A stretch of 58,198 nucleotides of DNA. It comes from Betaproteobacteria bacterium (GTDB taxonomy: Bacteria; Pseudomonadota; Gammaproteobacteria; Burkholderiales; SG8-41). A program made the position numbers and the translations under genes. Positions 40,860-51,799 of this stretch are shown here, in pieces. The notes beneath the pieces are model-generated. The model saw only the letters and a program-made list of their open reading frames with translations. It was not told the DNA's origin and made no database searches. The stretch lies in NCBI GenBank assembly GCA_016177355.1, contig JACOVL010000075.1:1-58198 (forward strand). The letters run 5' to 3'. Position 1 is the first letter of the stretch. Each line of letters begins with the position of its first letter.

Positions 40860-41979
40860 GCGCGAGCTCGCTCCGTATGCGGCGCGGCCCGGGCGCGCGG
40901 GCGGGCGCCGTCACCGCGAGCCGCCGCCGCGCGGCCGCAGCGAATACCAGCGCGACCGCGACCGCATCGTCCACTCCGGCGCTTTCCGGCGCCTTGAATA
41001 CAAGACCCAGGTCTTCGTCAATCACGAGGGGGACCTGTTCCGCACCCGGCTCACCCACAGCCTGGAAGTGGCGCAGATCGCGCGCTCGGTCGCGCGCAGC
41101 CTCCGGCTCGACGAGGATCTCACCGAAGCCATCGCGCTCGCCCACGATCTCGGCCACACGCCTTTCGGCCACACCGGGCAGGATGCGCTGAACGCCTGCA
41201 TGAAGCCGTACGGGGGCTTCGAGCACAACCTGCAGAGCCTGCGGGTGGTCGATCTCCTGGAGCAGCGCTACGCCGCGTTCGACGGGCTCAATCTCACCTT
41301 CGAGACGCGCGAGGGGATATTGAAGCACTGCTCGCGCAGGCACGCGCCGGGGCTGGGCGACGTGGGAGCGCGCTTCATCAAGAGGCGGCGGCCCTCGCTG
41401 GAGGCGCAGATCGCCAACCTCGCCGATGAAATCGCCTACAACAACCATGACGTGGACGACGGGGTGCGTTCCGGTCTGCTCGACCTGGAGCAGCTTTCCC
41501 GCGTCAAGGTGTTCGCGCGCCACATGAGGGCGGTCCAGCACGAGCACCCTCGCGTTTCGGGCACACGGCTGAGGCACGAGACCGTCCGGCGCATGATCGA
41601 CACGCTGGTCACCGATTTGATCCGCACCAGCGAAGCCCATATCCGGCGCCATGCGCCGGCATCGCTCGAGGAAGCGCGCCGCGCGCCGCCGCTCATCGCC
41701 TTCAGCCCCCGCATCCGCGATGAGAGCCTCGATCTCAAGCAATTCCTGCGCCGCAACCTCTATCAGCACTACCGCGTCACGCGCATGAGCAACAAGGCGC
41801 GCCGCATCGTGACCGACCTGTTCCGGGCTTTCCTGTCCGATCTCCACTTGCTGCCGCCGGAGCATCAGGCGCGCGCGCAGGCCGATGCGCCGCGCGCGAT
41901 CGCCGATTACATCGCCGGCATGACCGACCGCTACGCCATGCTCGAGCACCGGCGGCTGTTCGCCATCGAGGCGGCCTGA
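40852..41979 (+). CDS. dGTPase-like HD-domain triphosphohydrolase (Dgt family type 2)
   Basis: ATG 40852 overlaps the aroB end by 8 nt. Motifs: [47 protein letters not shown]. Confidence 0.88.
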   Translation: MRERELAPYAARPGRAGGRRHREPPPRGRSEYQRDRDRIVHSGAFRRLEYKTQVFVNHEGDLFRTRLTHSLEVAQIARSVARSLRLDEDLTEAIALAHDLGHTPFGHTGQDALNACMKPYGGFEHNLQSLRVVDLLEQRYAAFDGLNLTFETREGILKHCSRRHAPGLGDVGARFIKRRRPSLEAQIANLADEIAYNNHDVDDGVRSGLLDLEQLSRVKVFARHMRAVQHEHPRVSGTRLRHETVRRMIDTLVTDLIRTSEAHIRRHAPASLEEARRAPPLIAFSPRIRDESLDLKQFLRRNLYQHYRVTRMSNKARRIVTDLFRAFLSDLHLLPPEHQARAQADAPRAIADYIAGMTDRYAMLEHRRLFAIEAA

Positions 41980-42109
41980 CGCCACCGGCCGGAAACCGCG
42001 ATTTCCGGTTGAAGTCAGGGGGGTGAGCCGGTAGACTTCTCGGTGGCGCTTGAAGTTTCGAATTGGCTTGCTGCTCAGCAGCATTATCAGATATAACTAT
42101 TTGAATTAA

Positions 42110-45100
42110 ATGGATAATTCTCGTAATCATCCGATGCCATCCGCCGGCCTGCCGACGGCGCAGGGACTGTACGACCCGGCGCAAGAGCACGACGCGTGCG
42201 GGGTGGGCTTCGTCGCGCACATCAAAGGCCGGAAATCGCACTCGATCGTCGAACAGGGCCTGACGGTGCTGAAGAACCTCACACACCGCGGCGCGGTCGG
42301 CTGGGACCCCAAGCTCTCCGACGGCGCGGGCTGCCTGATCCAGATTCCCGACAAATTCCTGCGCGAGGAGATGGCCAGGCAGGGCGTGAAGCTGCCGCCC
42401 GCCGGACAATACGGCGTCGGCATGGTGTTCCTGCCGCGCGACCCCGCCTCGCGCCTGGCGTGCGAGTACGAGATCGAGCGCGCGATCAAGGACGAGGGGC
42501 AGAACCTGCTCGGCTGGCGCGACGTGCCGGTGGACAACTCCGACCTCGCCGGGCCGGCGCGGCGCGTCGAACCCGTGATCCGGCAGGTCTTCATCGGCCG
42601 CGGCAAGGGCGTGACCGTCACCGATGCGCTGGAGCGCAAGCTCTACATCATCCGCAAGAGCGCGGGACACGCGATCCAGGCGCTGAAGCTCGAGCACGGC
42701 AAGGAGTTCTACGTACCGACCCTGTCGGCGCGCACGCTCTGCTACAAGGGCATGCTGCTCGCCTACCAGGTGGGCGAGTACTACCTCGACTTGAAGGATG
42801 CGCGCGTCGAGTCGGCGCTCGCGCTGGTGCACCAGCGCTTCTCGACCAACACCTTCCCGAGCTGGGACCTTGCGCACCCGTTCCGCATGATCTGCCACAA
42901 CGGCGAGATCAACACGCTGCGCGGCAACATCAACTGGATCCGCGCGCGCCAGGGCGCGATTTCGAGCCCGATACTGGGGCGCGATCTCGACAAGGTCTGG
43001 CCGCTGATCTACGCCGGGCAGTCGGATTCGGCCTCGTTCGACAACGCGCTGGAGCTGCTGGTGATGGGCGGCTATTCGATCGCCCACGCCATGATGATGA
43101 TGATCCCGGAGGCGTGGGAAAACCACGCGCTGATGGATCCGGCGCGGCGCGCGTTCTACGAGTACCACGCCGCGATGATGGAGCCGTGGGACGGCCCCGC
43201 CTCGATCGCGTTCACCGACGGCCTGAGGATCGGGGCGACGCTCGATCGCAACGGCCTGAGGCCGTCGCGCTACATCGTCACCGCGGACGACCTCGTCATC
43301 ATGGGCTCGGAGTGCGGCTGCCTGCCGGTGCCCGAGGAGAAAATCGTCAAGAAGTGGCGCCTGCAGCCGGGCAAGATGTTCCTGGTGGACCTCGAGAAGG
43401 GCCGCATCATCGACGACAAGGAGTTGAAGGACACCCTGGCCTCGGCCAAGCCCTACGCCGAGTGGATCGAGCGCATCCGCGTCAAGCTCGACGAGGTCGA
43501 GACCGAGAAGACGCCGCCGCTGAAGTCGCAGGTTGCGCTGCTCGACCGGCAGCAGGCGTTCGGCTACACGCAGGAGGACATCAAGTTCCAGCTGGCGCCG
43601 ATGGTGGCCAACGGCGAGGAGCCGGTCGGCTCCATGGGCAATGACGCCGCCCTTGCTATATTATCCAGTAAAAACAAGAGCTTATGTAACTATTTCCAGC
43701 AGCTCTTCGCGCAGGTCACGAACCCGGCGATCGACCCCATCCGCGAGGAGCTGGTGACGTCGCTGGTCTCCTTCATCGGCCCGAAGCCGAATCTCCTCGG
43801 CATCGACGAGATGAACCCGCCGCTGCGCCTCGAGGTGGGCCAGCCGGTGCTCGACTTCTACGAGATGGAGAAGATCCGCCACATCGAGCGCTATACCGGC
43901 GGCAAGTTCAGGTCGCTCGAGCTCGATATCACCTACCCGGTCGCGTGGGGCAAGCAGGCGGTGGAGGCGCGCCTCGCCTCGCTCGCCGCGCAGGCCGAGG
44001 ACGCCGTGCGCTCGGGCTATTCGATTGTCGTGGTGTCGGACCGCCTGGTCGACCGCGAGCGCGTGGCGATCCCGGCGCTGCTCGCGCTCTCCGCGATCCA
44101 CCAGCACCTGGTGAGCAAGGGCCTGCGCACGAGCACCGGCCTCGTGGTCGAGACCGGCTCGGCGCGCGAAGTGCATCACTTTGCGCTGCTCGGCGGCTAC
44201 GGGGCGGAGGCGGTGCATCCCTATCTCGCGCTCGAGACGCTGCTCGCGCTGCATCCGGAGGACCGCGCGGCCGCGAGCAAGGCGGTGAAAAACTACGTGA
44301 AGGCGGTCGGCAAGGGGTTGAAGAAAGTGATGTCCAAGATGGGCATCTCGACCTACATGTCGTACACCGGCGCCCAGTGCTTCGAGGCGGTGGGGCTGGC
44401 GCGCTCGCTGGTGGACAAGTATTTCACCGGCACCGCCTCCAACGTCGAGGGCATCGGCGTGTTCGAGGTGGCGGAGGAGGCGATCCGCATCCACCGGTCG
44501 GCGTTCGACGAGGACGACCCGGTGCTCGCGGGCGCGCTGGATGCCGGCGGCGAGTACGCGTGGCGGGTGCGCGGCGAAGAGCACATGTGGACGCCGGATG
44601 CGATCGCCAAGCTGCAGCATTCGGCGCGGAGCAATTCTTACCAGTCCTACCAGGAATACGCGGCGATCGTCAACGACCAGTCGCAGCGCCACCTGACGTT
44701 CCGCGGGCTGTTCGAGTTCAAGTTCAATCAATGCCAGCCGGTCCCGCTCAAGGAAGTGGAGCCCGCCGCCGAGATCGTCAAGCGCTTCTCGACCGGCGCG
44801 ATGTCGCTCGGCTCGATCTCGACCGAGGCCCACACCGTGCTCGCGATCGCGATGAACCGCTTGGGCGGCAAATCGAACACCGGCGAGGGCGGCGAGGACC
44901 GGAAGCGCTACGCGCGGGTCGCGGCGGGCGAGACGCTGTTGTCGCGACTGGGCCGCGAGCGCGTGGAAGTCGACATTCCCCTCCTGGAAGGCGACTCGCT
45001 GAAATCCAAGATCAAGCAGGTCGCCTCCGGCCGCTTCGGCGTCACCGCCGAGTACCTGGCATCCTCCGAGATGATGCAGATCAAGATCGCGCAGGGCGCC

Positions 45101-46783
45101 AAGCCCGGCGAGGGCGGGCAGCTGCCGGGGCGCAAGGTGTCGGAGTACATCGCGGAGATCCGCTACGCGACGCCGGGCGTCGAGCTGATCTCGCCCCCGC
45201 CGCACCACGACATCTATTCGATCGAGGACATCGCGCAGCTCATCCACGACTTGAAGAACGCGAACCCCGGGGCCGCGGTGAGCGTCAAGCTCGTGTCCGA
45301 GGTCGGCGTCGGCACGGTCGCCGCGGGGGTATCGAAGGCGAAATCGGATCACGTGACGATCTCGGGCCACGACGGCGGCACCGGCGCTTCGCCCTGGTCC
45401 TCCATCATGCATGCCGGCACGCCGTGGGAGCTCGGGCTCGCGGAAACGCAACAGACGCTGGTATTGAACCGGCTGCGCGGGCGGATCGCGGTCCAGGTTG
45501 ACGGCCAGATGAAGACCGGCCGCGACGTGGTGGTCGGCGCGCTGCTCGGGGCCGACGAGTTCGGCTTCTCCACCGCGCCGCTCGTCGTCGAGGGTTGCAT
45601 CATGATGCGCAAGTGCCACCTCAATACCTGCCCGGTCGGCGTGGCCACACAGGACCCGGTGCTGCGCCGGAAATTCGAGGGCAGGCCCGAGCACGTCGTC
45701 AATTACTTCTTCTTCGTCGCCGAGGAGGCGCGGGAACTGATGGCGAAACTCGGCGTGCGCAAGATGAACGATCTCATCGGGCGCTCGGACCTGCTCGACA
45801 TGAAAAAGGGCATCGAGCACTGGAAGGCGCGGGGCCTGGATTTCTCGAAGATCTTCGCCATGCCGCAGATGCCGGCCGAGGTCGCGCGCTACCACCGCGA
45901 GACACAGGACCACGGGCTCGCGAAGGCGCTCGATAACCGGCTGATCGAGCTGGCGCAGCCGGCGCTCGAGCGCGGCGAGAAGGTGACGATCGAGATGCCG
46001 ATCCGCAACATCAACCGCACGGTCGGCACGATGCTCTCGTACGAGATCGCAAAGCGCTACGGGCACGGCGGGCTGCCCGACGACACCATTCACATCCGCT
46101 TCGCGGGCTCCGCCGGCCAGAGCTACGGGGCGTTCCTCGCGCAGGGCGTGACGCTCGAGCTCATCGGCGATACCAACGACTACTGCGGCAAGGGGCTGTC
46201 GGGCGGGCGCATCTCGGTGCAGCCCTCGCCCAAGTTCCGCGGCGAGCCGACCGAGAACATCATCACCGGCAACGTCGTGCTCTACGGCGCGATCTGCGGC
46301 GAGGCGTACTTCCGCGGCGTCGCCGGTGAGCGCTTCGCGGTGCGCAATTCCGGCGCGCAGGCGGTGGTCGAGGGCGTCGGCGACCACGGCTGCGAGTACA
46401 TGACCGGGGGCAGCGTGGTGGTGCTCGGCCAGAGCGGACGCAATTTCGCCGCCGGCATGTCCGGGGGTATCGCCTACGTACTTGATATTAATGGAGAATT
46501 CTCAAAGTATTGCAACCCCTCCATGGTGGCGCTGGAGCCGCTCGCCACCGAGACCGAGCAGGAGGCGAAGCTCGCGCGCGAGCTGTGGCACGGCGGCGTG
46601 GCCGACGAGGCGATCGTGAAGCGGCTGATCGAGAACCATGCGCGCTACACCGGCAGCGCGCAGGCCAGGCGCATACTCGAGCGCTGGAGCGAATTCCGGC
46701 CGCAGTTCGTCAAGGTGTTCCCGCACGAGTACCGGCGCGCGCTCACCGAGCTCGCCGCCCGGCAGCGCCGCCAGGCAGCGTAG
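42110..46783 (+). CDS. gltB: Glutamate synthase (NADPH) large subunit GltB
   Basis: 1557 aa. The Ntn amidotransferase Cys follows a propeptide ([12 protein letters not shown]). FMN and 3Fe-4S regions and the C-terminal beta-helix ([11 protein letters not shown]) are present. Confidence 0.97.
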   Translation: MDNSRNHPMPSAGLPTAQGLYDPAQEHDACGVGFVAHIKGRKSHSIVEQGLTVLKNLTHRGAVGWDPKLSDGAGCLIQIPDKFLREEMARQGVKLPPAGQYGVGMVFLPRDPASRLACEYEIERAIKDEGQNLLGWRDVPVDNSDLAGPARRVEPVIRQVFIGRGKGVTVTDALERKLYIIRKSAGHAIQALKLEHGKEFYVPTLSARTLCYKGMLLAYQVGEYYLDLKDARVESALALVHQRFSTNTFPSWDLAHPFRMICHNGEINTLRGNINWIRARQGAISSPILGRDLDKVWPLIYAGQSDSASFDNALELLVMGGYSIAHAMMMMIPEAWENHALMDPARRAFYEYHAAMMEPWDGPASIAFTDGLRIGATLDRNGLRPSRYIVTADDLVIMGSECGCLPVPEEKIVKKWRLQPGKMFLVDLEKGRIIDDKELKDTLASAKPYAEWIERIRVKLDEVETEKTPPLKSQVALLDRQQAFGYTQEDIKFQLAPMVANGEEPVGSMGNDAALAILSSKNKSLCNYFQQLFAQVTNPAIDPIREELVTSLVSFIGPKPNLLGIDEMNPPLRLEVGQPVLDFYEMEKIRHIERYTGGKFRSLELDITYPVAWGKQAVEARLASLAAQAEDAVRSGYSIVVVSDRLVDRERVAIPALLALSAIHQHLVSKGLRTSTGLVVETGSAREVHHFALLGGYGAEAVHPYLALETLLALHPEDRAAASKAVKNYVKAVGKGLKKVMSKMGISTYMSYTGAQCFEAVGLARSLVDKYFTGTASNVEGIGVFEVAEEAIRIHRSAFDEDDPVLAGALDAGGEYAWRVRGEEHMWTPDAIAKLQHSARSNSYQSYQEYAAIVNDQSQRHLTFRGLFEFKFNQCQPVPLKEVEPAAEIVKRFSTGAMSLGSISTEAHTVLAIAMNRLGGKSNTGEGGEDRKRYARVAAGETLLSRLGRERVEVDIPLLEGDSLKSKIKQVASGRFGVTAEYLASSEMMQIKIAQGAKPGEGGQLPGRKVSEYIAEIRYATPGVELISPPPHHDIYSIEDIAQLIHDLKNANPGAAVSVKLVSEVGVGTVAAGVSKAKSDHVTISGHDGGTGASPWSSIMHAGTPWELGLAETQQTLVLNRLRGRIAVQVDGQMKTGRDVVVGALLGADEFGFSTAPLVVEGCIMMRKCHLNTCPVGVATQDPVLRRKFEGRPEHVVNYFFFVAEEARELMAKLGVRKMNDLIGRSDLLDMKKGIEHWKARGLDFSKIFAMPQMPAEVARYHRETQDHGLAKALDNRLIELAQPALERGEKVTIEMPIRNINRTVGTMLSYEIAKRYGHGGLPDDTIHIRFAGSAGQSYGAFLAQGVTLELIGDTNDYCGKGLSGGRISVQPSPKFRGEPTENIITGNVVLYGAICGEAYFRGVAGERFAVRNSGAQAVVEGVGDHGCEYMTGGSVVVLGQSGRNFAAGMSGGIAYVLDINGEFSKYCNPSMVALEPLATETEQEAKLARELWHGGVADEAIVKRLIENHARYTGSAQARRILERWSEFRPQFVKVFPHEYRRALTELAARQRRQAA

Positions 46784-46813
46784 GCCGCGCCGCCCGTCGC
46801 GCTGAAAGAACGC

Positions 46814-48277
46814 ATGGGAAAAGTCACCGGATTTCTCGAGTTCGAGCGGGTCGAAGAGGCCTACGAGGCGAAGGAGCGGCGCAAGCAGCACTTTCGCGAG
46901 TTCATCCCGCCGCTGACCGACGAGCAGGCGAAGATCCAGGGCGCGCGCTGCATGGATTGCGGCATCCCGTTCTGCATGAGCGGCTGCCCGGTCAACAACA
47001 TCATTCCCGACTGGAACGACCTCGTCTATCGCCAGGACTGGAAGTCGGCGATCGAGACGCTGCACTCGACCAACAATTTCCCGGAATTCACCGGCCGCAT
47101 CTGCCCGGCGCCGTGCGAGGAGGCGTGCGTGCTGCGCATCAACGAGGACGCAGTCGGCATCAAGTCGATCGAGCACGCGATCATCGACAAGGCGTGGGAA
47201 ATGGGCTGGGTCAGGCCGCAGCCGGCCTCGCGCAAGACGGGCAGGAAGGTGGCGGTGGTGGGCTCCGGCCCCGCCGGGCTCGCCTGCGCGCAGCAGCTCG
47301 CGCGCGCCGGCCACGCCGTCGTCGTGTTCGAGAAAAACGACCGCATCGGCGGGCTGCTGCGCTACGGCATCCCCGATTTCAAGATGGAGAAGTCGCACAT
47401 CGACCGGCGCATGGAGCAGATGGCGGCCGAGGGCGTCTCGTTCCGCGCCGGCGTCCGCGTCGGCCGGCAGCATTCCGGCAAGGGCGTGCCCGACTGGGCG
47501 ACCGGGATGATCGCGCCCGGGAAGCTCACCACCGAGTTCGACGCGGTGGTGCTCGCCGGCGGCGCGGAACAGCCGCGCGAGCTGCCGGTCCCGGGGCGCG
47601 AGCTCGACGGCGTCCATTACGCGATGGAATTCCTGCCGCTGCAGAACAAGCGTGTCGCCGGCGATGCCGGCGTGCCCGACCTGTGGGCCACCGACAAGCA
47701 CGTGGTGATCATCGGCGGCGGCGACACCGGCTCCGACTGTGTCGGCACCGCCAACCGCCACGGCGCGAAATCCGTCACCCAGTTCGAGCTGCTGCCGATG
47801 CCGCCCGACGTGGAGCGCAACCCGGTGTGGCCGTACTGGCCGACGCGGTTGAGGACCTCTTCCTCGCACGAGGAGGGGGTGAGCCGCGACTGGTCGATCG
47901 CCACCAGGGAATTCACCGGCGAGGGCGGAAAAGTAAAGGCGCTGAAGGCGGTGCGGCTCGAGTGGAAGGAGGGCGGGATGAGCGAAGTCCCGGGCTCGGA
48001 GTTCACGCTGCCCGCGGACCTCGTGCTGCTCGCGATGGGGTTCGTCTCGCCGGTGCAGTCGGTCCTGGATGCCTTCGGCGTCGACAAGGACGCCCGCGGC
48101 AACGCGAAAGCCACGACCGACGGGGCAGGCTGCTACGCCACGTCCGCTCCCAGGGTGTTCACCGCCGGCGACATGCGGCGCGGGCAGTCGCTCGTGGTGT
48201 GGGCGATACGCGAAGGCCGGCAGTGCGCCCGCGCGGTGGACGAATTCCTCATGGGTTCTTCCGAGTTGCCGCGGTAA
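46814..48277 (+). CDS. gltD: Glutamate synthase (NADPH) small subunit GltD
   Basis: 487 aa with Fe-S Cys clusters ([15 protein letters not shown]) and dinucleotide folds [14 protein letters not shown] and [13 protein letters not shown]. Confidence 0.95.
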   Translation: MGKVTGFLEFERVEEAYEAKERRKQHFREFIPPLTDEQAKIQGARCMDCGIPFCMSGCPVNNIIPDWNDLVYRQDWKSAIETLHSTNNFPEFTGRICPAPCEEACVLRINEDAVGIKSIEHAIIDKAWEMGWVRPQPASRKTGRKVAVVGSGPAGLACAQQLARAGHAVVVFEKNDRIGGLLRYGIPDFKMEKSHIDRRMEQMAAEGVSFRAGVRVGRQHSGKGVPDWATGMIAPGKLTTEFDAVVLAGGAEQPRELPVPGRELDGVHYAMEFLPLQNKRVAGDAGVPDLWATDKHVVIIGGGDTGSDCVGTANRHGAKSVTQFELLPMPPDVERNPVWPYWPTRLRTSSSHEEGVSRDWSIATREFTGEGGKVKALKAVRLEWKEGGMSEVPGSEFTLPADLVLLAMGFVSPVQSVLDAFGVDKDARGNAKATTDGAGCYATSAPRVFTAGDMRRGQSLVVWAIREGRQCARAVDEFLMGSSELPR

Positions 48278-48299
48278 GGCGGCCCCTGCCGGGCTGCCG

Positions 48300-49361
48300 A
48301 TGGCGAAGCTCAAGAACGACACGCTGATCCGGGCGCTGCTCAGGCAGCCCACCGCCTACACCCCGGTCTGGGTGATGCGCCAGGCCGGGCGCTATCTTCC
48401 CGAGTACAACCAGACGCGCGCGCGCGCCGGCAGCTTTCTCGCGCTCGCCCAGAATCCCGCCCTCGCCACCGAGGTGACGCTGCAGCCGCTCGCGCGCTTC
48501 CCCCTCGATGCCGCCATCGTGTTCTCCGACATATTGACCGTACCGGACGCGATGGGGCTGGGGCTCACCTTCACCGAGGGCGAAGGCCCCCGCTTCGAGC
48601 GGCCGCTGCGCGAGGAGCGGGCAATCCGCAACTTGAAGGTGCCCGACCCGGGCAGCGAGCTGCGCTACGTGATGGATACGGTGAGCGAAGTGCGCAAGGC
48701 GCTCGCCGGGGGCGTGCCGCTGATCGGGTTTTCCGGCAGCCCGTACACCCTTGCCTGCTACATGGTGGAGGGCGGTGGCAGCAGCGATTTCCGCACCGTG
48801 AAAACCATGTTGCGCGACCGCCCGGACCTGCTGCACCACATTCTCGAGGTCAATTGCCGCGCGGTCACCGCCTACCTCAACGCCCAGATCGAGTCCGGCG
48901 CCCAGGTGGTGATGGTGTTCGACACCTGGGGCGGCACGCTCTCCGCGGCCGGCTACCTCGAGTTCTCTCTCGCCTACATGCGCCGCGTAGTCGAAGGACT
49001 CAAGCGCGAGCACCAGGGGGAGCGCATCCCTTGCATCCTCTTCACCAAGGGCGGGGGCGCGTGGCTGGAGGCGATCGCCGCGAGCGGCTGCGACGCCGTC
49101 GGCGTGGACTGGACGCTCGACATCGGCACGGCGCGCGCCCGCGTGGGCGAACGCGTCGCGCTGCAGGGCAATCTCGACCCGCAGACCCTGCTCGCCGGGC
49201 CGGAAGCGGTCCGCAGCGGAGTCGCCGCCGTGCTGGCCAGCTACGGCACCGGCAACGGCCATGTCTTCAACCTGGGCCACGGCATCGTCCAGCAGACGCC
49301 GCCCGGGAACGTGGCGGTGCTGGTGGATGCGGTGCACGAGTTGAGCCGCCGCTATCATTGA
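48300..49361 (+). CDS. hemE: Uroporphyrinogen decarboxylase HemE
   Basis: ATG 48300 gives [36 protein letters not shown], the canonical HemE N-terminus. The track ORF from 48069 overlaps gltD in another frame. Confidence 0.95.
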   Translation: MAKLKNDTLIRALLRQPTAYTPVWVMRQAGRYLPEYNQTRARAGSFLALAQNPALATEVTLQPLARFPLDAAIVFSDILTVPDAMGLGLTFTEGEGPRFERPLREERAIRNLKVPDPGSELRYVMDTVSEVRKALAGGVPLIGFSGSPYTLACYMVEGGGSSDFRTVKTMLRDRPDLLHHILEVNCRAVTAYLNAQIESGAQVVMVFDTWGGTLSAAGYLEFSLAYMRRVVEGLKREHQGERIPCILFTKGGGAWLEAIAASGCDAVGVDWTLDIGTARARVGERVALQGNLDPQTLLAGPEAVRSGVAAVLASYGTGNGHVFNLGHGIVQQTPPGNVAVLVDAVHELSRRYH

Positions 49362-49414
49362 CCCCTCCGCAACACCGCCGCCAGACAGGGTTTTTTGGCA
49401 ACCTCCCCGGAAAC

Positions 49415-49423
49415 TTATTCACA
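49415..49423 (+). promoter_or_regulatory. DnaA-box match TTATTCACA
   Basis: Fits the TTATNCACA consensus exactly. Confidence 0.4.
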
Positions 49424-49473
49424 TCAGGCCTGGCGGTGGAGGCAGCGGACGGCGGCTCTGTCTTATTCTTGCG

Positions 49474-49517
49474 ACTATATCATAACTAATTGATTTATAT
49501 ATATTTTATGTTTTATC
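49474..49517. other. 44-nt block of about 86% A+T in a GC-rich genome (possible unwinding, architectural-protein or promoter element)
   Basis: ACTATATCATAACTAATTGATTTATATATATTTTATGTTTTATC has only 6 G/C by my count. Confidence 0.4.
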
Positions 49518-49592
49518 TCCCGACGATCTACCCAGCGCGCGTATGCGCTCTGCTTCACGCCGCCCAACCGCTGACCGGCTCCATCAACAGAG

Positions 49593-49616
49593 TTATCCAC
49601 AGCGCGGTGTTGATAA
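49593..49616. promoter_or_regulatory. Inverted pair of DnaA boxes: perfect TTATCCACA, 6-nt spacer, then TGTTGATAA (one mismatch to TGTGGATAA)
   Basis: Perfect consensus 9-mer at 49593-49601. Oppositely oriented 8/9 match at 49608-49616. The pair lies 100 nt upstream of the priA ATG. Confidence 0.45.
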
Positions 49617-49715
49617 CCTGGAAAACCCGCTGCGGCTAAGGCAGTTGGGCGCGCTTCACAGAATGAGCCGCAGCACCATGCGCTAACTTTTTGCTCGAAC
49701 GGGATTCGAATCGCA

Positions 49716-51725
49716 ATGCCCATCCTCCGCGTCGCGCTCGATGTGCCGCTCGCCACGCTGTTCGATTACCGCGCGGATGATGCCTCGCGCGCGGACGTCG
49801 GTTGCCGCGTGACAGTCCCTTTCGGCAGGCAGCAGACCGTTATCGGCGTCATCCTCGAGGTCGCGGAGACCACGCGCATTGCCGCCGGGCGCCTGAAGCC
49901 GGTGCTGCGCGTGCTGCGCGAGGAGCCGGCGCTTACCGACGCTGACCTGCAGCTCCTTCGTTTCGCGGCCGATTACTACCATCATCCGCTCGGGGCCGCG
50001 GTCATGGCGGCGCTGCCGGCCCGGCTGCGCCAGCCGGGCGGCAAGCGCTCCCGGGCGTCCGGAGCCGTCCAGGCGCAGTCCCGCGGCATCACCGCGGCGA
50101 CCCCGCCCCGGGTTCATGGCGCGCCGCCGCTCACCGGAGAACAGGCGCGGGCCGTGGAGGAGATCCGCAGCGCGCTGGGCGCATTCCGGCCGATGTTGCT
50201 GCTCGGCGTCACCAGCAGCGGCAAGAGCGAGGTCTACCTGCATGCCGTGGCCGACGCCCTTGCCGCAGGCCGCCAGGCGTTGCTGCTGGTGCCCGAGATC
50301 GCGTTGACACCGCAACTCGAGGCGCTGGTGCGGGACCGGTTTCCCGGCACGGCGGCCGTGAGCCTGCACAGCGGGCTCAATGCCGGGGAACGGCATGCCC
50401 ACTGGCGCGCCGCCCAGGGCGGGCACGCCCGCATCGTGCTCGGTACCCGGCTTGCGGTATTCACGCCCCTGCCCGAACTCGGCCTCATCATCGTGGACGA
50501 GGAGCACGATGCGTCGTACAAGCAGGCCGAAGGGTTCCGCTATTCGGCGCGGGACCTTGCCGTGGTGCGGGCGCGGCTATGCAATGTACCGGTAGTGCTG
50601 GGCTCCGCCACGCCGGCGCTGGAGTCCTACAGCAACGCCGCAGGCGGGCGCTACCGGCTGCTCACGCTCGAGAGTCGCATCGGCGCGCCCCCGCCCCGCA
50701 TCGCCTGCCTGGATACCCGGGCCGCCAGACCCGTGGACGGCCTGTCGGAGCCGCTGCTCGCGGCGATCGCGGAGTGCCTCAAGCGCGGCGAGCAGAGCCT
50801 CATCTTCATCAACCGCCGCGGCTATGCCCCGGTGCTGCGGTGCCCTGCCTGCGGCTGGGTCTCGGCCTGCCATCGCTGCTCGGCGCAGCTCGTGCTGCAT
50901 CTCAAGGACCGCAGGCTCCGCTGCCACCACTGCGGGCATCAGGAAGCGGTGCCTGCCGGCTGCCCCGGCTGCGGCAACCCGCAGCTCGCGCCGCTCGGCC
51001 AGGGAACCCAGCGGGTGGAGGCAGCGCTCTCCGAGCGCTTCCCGCGCGCCCGCATCGCGCGCATAGACCGCGACAGCATCCGGCGGCGGCAGGCATGGCC
51101 GGAGATGCGGCGACGCATCCACGAGCGCGACGTGGATCTCCTGGTCGGCACGCAATTGCTCGCCAAGGGGCACGACTTTCCTCACCTCAACCTGGTGGGA
51201 GTGGTGAACGCCGACAGCCTGCTCTACAGCAGCGATTTCCGCGCCGGCGAGCGCCTCTACGCGCTGCTCACCCAGGTCGCGGGGCGCGCCGGGCGCGGGG
51301 GGACGCTGGGCTCGGTGCTGATCCAGACCGAATTCCCGCACCATCCCCTGTACCAGGCCCTGCAGCGCCAGGATTACCGCGCGTTTGCCGACAGCCTGCT
51401 CGCGGAGCGCCGGCAGGCCGGGTTCCCGCCGTTCATCCATCAGGCGCTGCTGCGCGCCGAGGCGCCCCGGCTTGCGACGGCACTCGACTTCCTCGCCGAG
51501 GCGGCGCGCCGCGCGCGGCGGCTCGCCGCCCCGCAGATCACCCTCTACGACGCGGTCCCCGCGGCGATGCCGCGGCGGGCCGGCCGCGAGCGCGCGCAGC
51601 TCCTGGTGCAGTCTGAATCGCGGGCGCGCCTGCAGGAGTTCCTGGGCGCGTGGATGAGCGAGCTCGTCGCGGCGCGCGCGACCCGCGCGCGCTGGTCGCT
51701 CGATGTCGATCCGCTCGAGTTCTGA
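49716..51725 (+). CDS. priA: Primosomal replication-restart helicase PriA
   Basis: 669 aa with Walker A GVTSSGKSEVY, a DEEH box and a Cys-rich zinc region (CPACG...CHRC...CHHCG...CPGCG). Confidence 0.93.
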   Translation: MPILRVALDVPLATLFDYRADDASRADVGCRVTVPFGRQQTVIGVILEVAETTRIAAGRLKPVLRVLREEPALTDADLQLLRFAADYYHHPLGAAVMAALPARLRQPGGKRSRASGAVQAQSRGITAATPPRVHGAPPLTGEQARAVEEIRSALGAFRPMLLLGVTSSGKSEVYLHAVADALAAGRQALLLVPEIALTPQLEALVRDRFPGTAAVSLHSGLNAGERHAHWRAAQGGHARIVLGTRLAVFTPLPELGLIIVDEEHDASYKQAEGFRYSARDLAVVRARLCNVPVVLGSATPALESYSNAAGGRYRLLTLESRIGAPPPRIACLDTRAARPVDGLSEPLLAAIAECLKRGEQSLIFINRRGYAPVLRCPACGWVSACHRCSAQLVLHLKDRRLRCHHCGHQEAVPAGCPGCGNPQLAPLGQGTQRVEAALSERFPRARIARIDRDSIRRRQAWPEMRRRIHERDVDLLVGTQLLAKGHDFPHLNLVGVVNADSLLYSSDFRAGERLYALLTQVAGRAGRGGTLGSVLIQTEFPHHPLYQALQRQDYRAFADSLLAERRQAGFPPFIHQALLRAEAPRLATALDFLAEAARRARRLAAPQITLYDAVPAAMPRRAGRERAQLLVQSESRARLQEFLGAWMSELVAARATRARWSLDVDPLEF

Positions 51726-51799
51726 GCCGCGGGTGGCAGGCCAATGCCATGATAAAATTCGCGTTTTCCGCAACGGCTGGCGGCCGCTGAGCCGGTCTC

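Noticed and set aside
41989-42008. Hairpin CCGGAAA-N6-TTTCCGG after the dGTPase-like gene as a terminator.
   Set aside because: It is followed by only two T residues. It may be a weak terminator, but the evidence is too thin to list as a feature.
43682-46387. 901-aa ORF antisense to gltB. Similar long antisense ORFs are at 39036-40853, 46502-48352, 6120-7862, 55428-57110, 52551-53993, 54042-55421, 50577-51773, 41777-43168 and 57010-58158.
   Set aside because: Each lies opposite a gene with clear full-length homology. The translations are Arg/Ala/Gly/Pro/Asp-rich low-complexity strings with no recognisable motifs. In GC-rich DNA stop codons are rare in non-coding frames, and the gltB antisense ORF is bounded exactly by an AT-rich patch. 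These are GC artefacts.
49362-49715. Interpretation of the hemE-priA spacer as the chromosomal replication origin.
   Set aside because: Not adopted as the primary call. About 15 kb of genes on the left and 8 kb on the right are all on the + strand, whereas an origin usually shows divergent gene orientation. Only three boxes are present. The region is kept as a DnaA-related finding to be tested with whole-replicon GC skew.
49475-49756. 93-aa minus-strand ORF inside the hemE-priA spacer.
   Set aside because: It overlaps the priA start, runs through the AT-rich block and DnaA boxes, and has no RBS or recognisable motif.
51734-51749. Sigma54-like TGGCAG-N5-TGCCA upstream of the FkbM gene. A similar TGGC...TTGC string lies at 42064-42075 upstream of gltB.
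   Set aside because: The GG-to-GC spacing is one nucleotide short of the invariant -24/-12 geometry (51734 site), or the -12 element is missing (42064 site). The 51734 motif is also a simple 5-bp palindrome.
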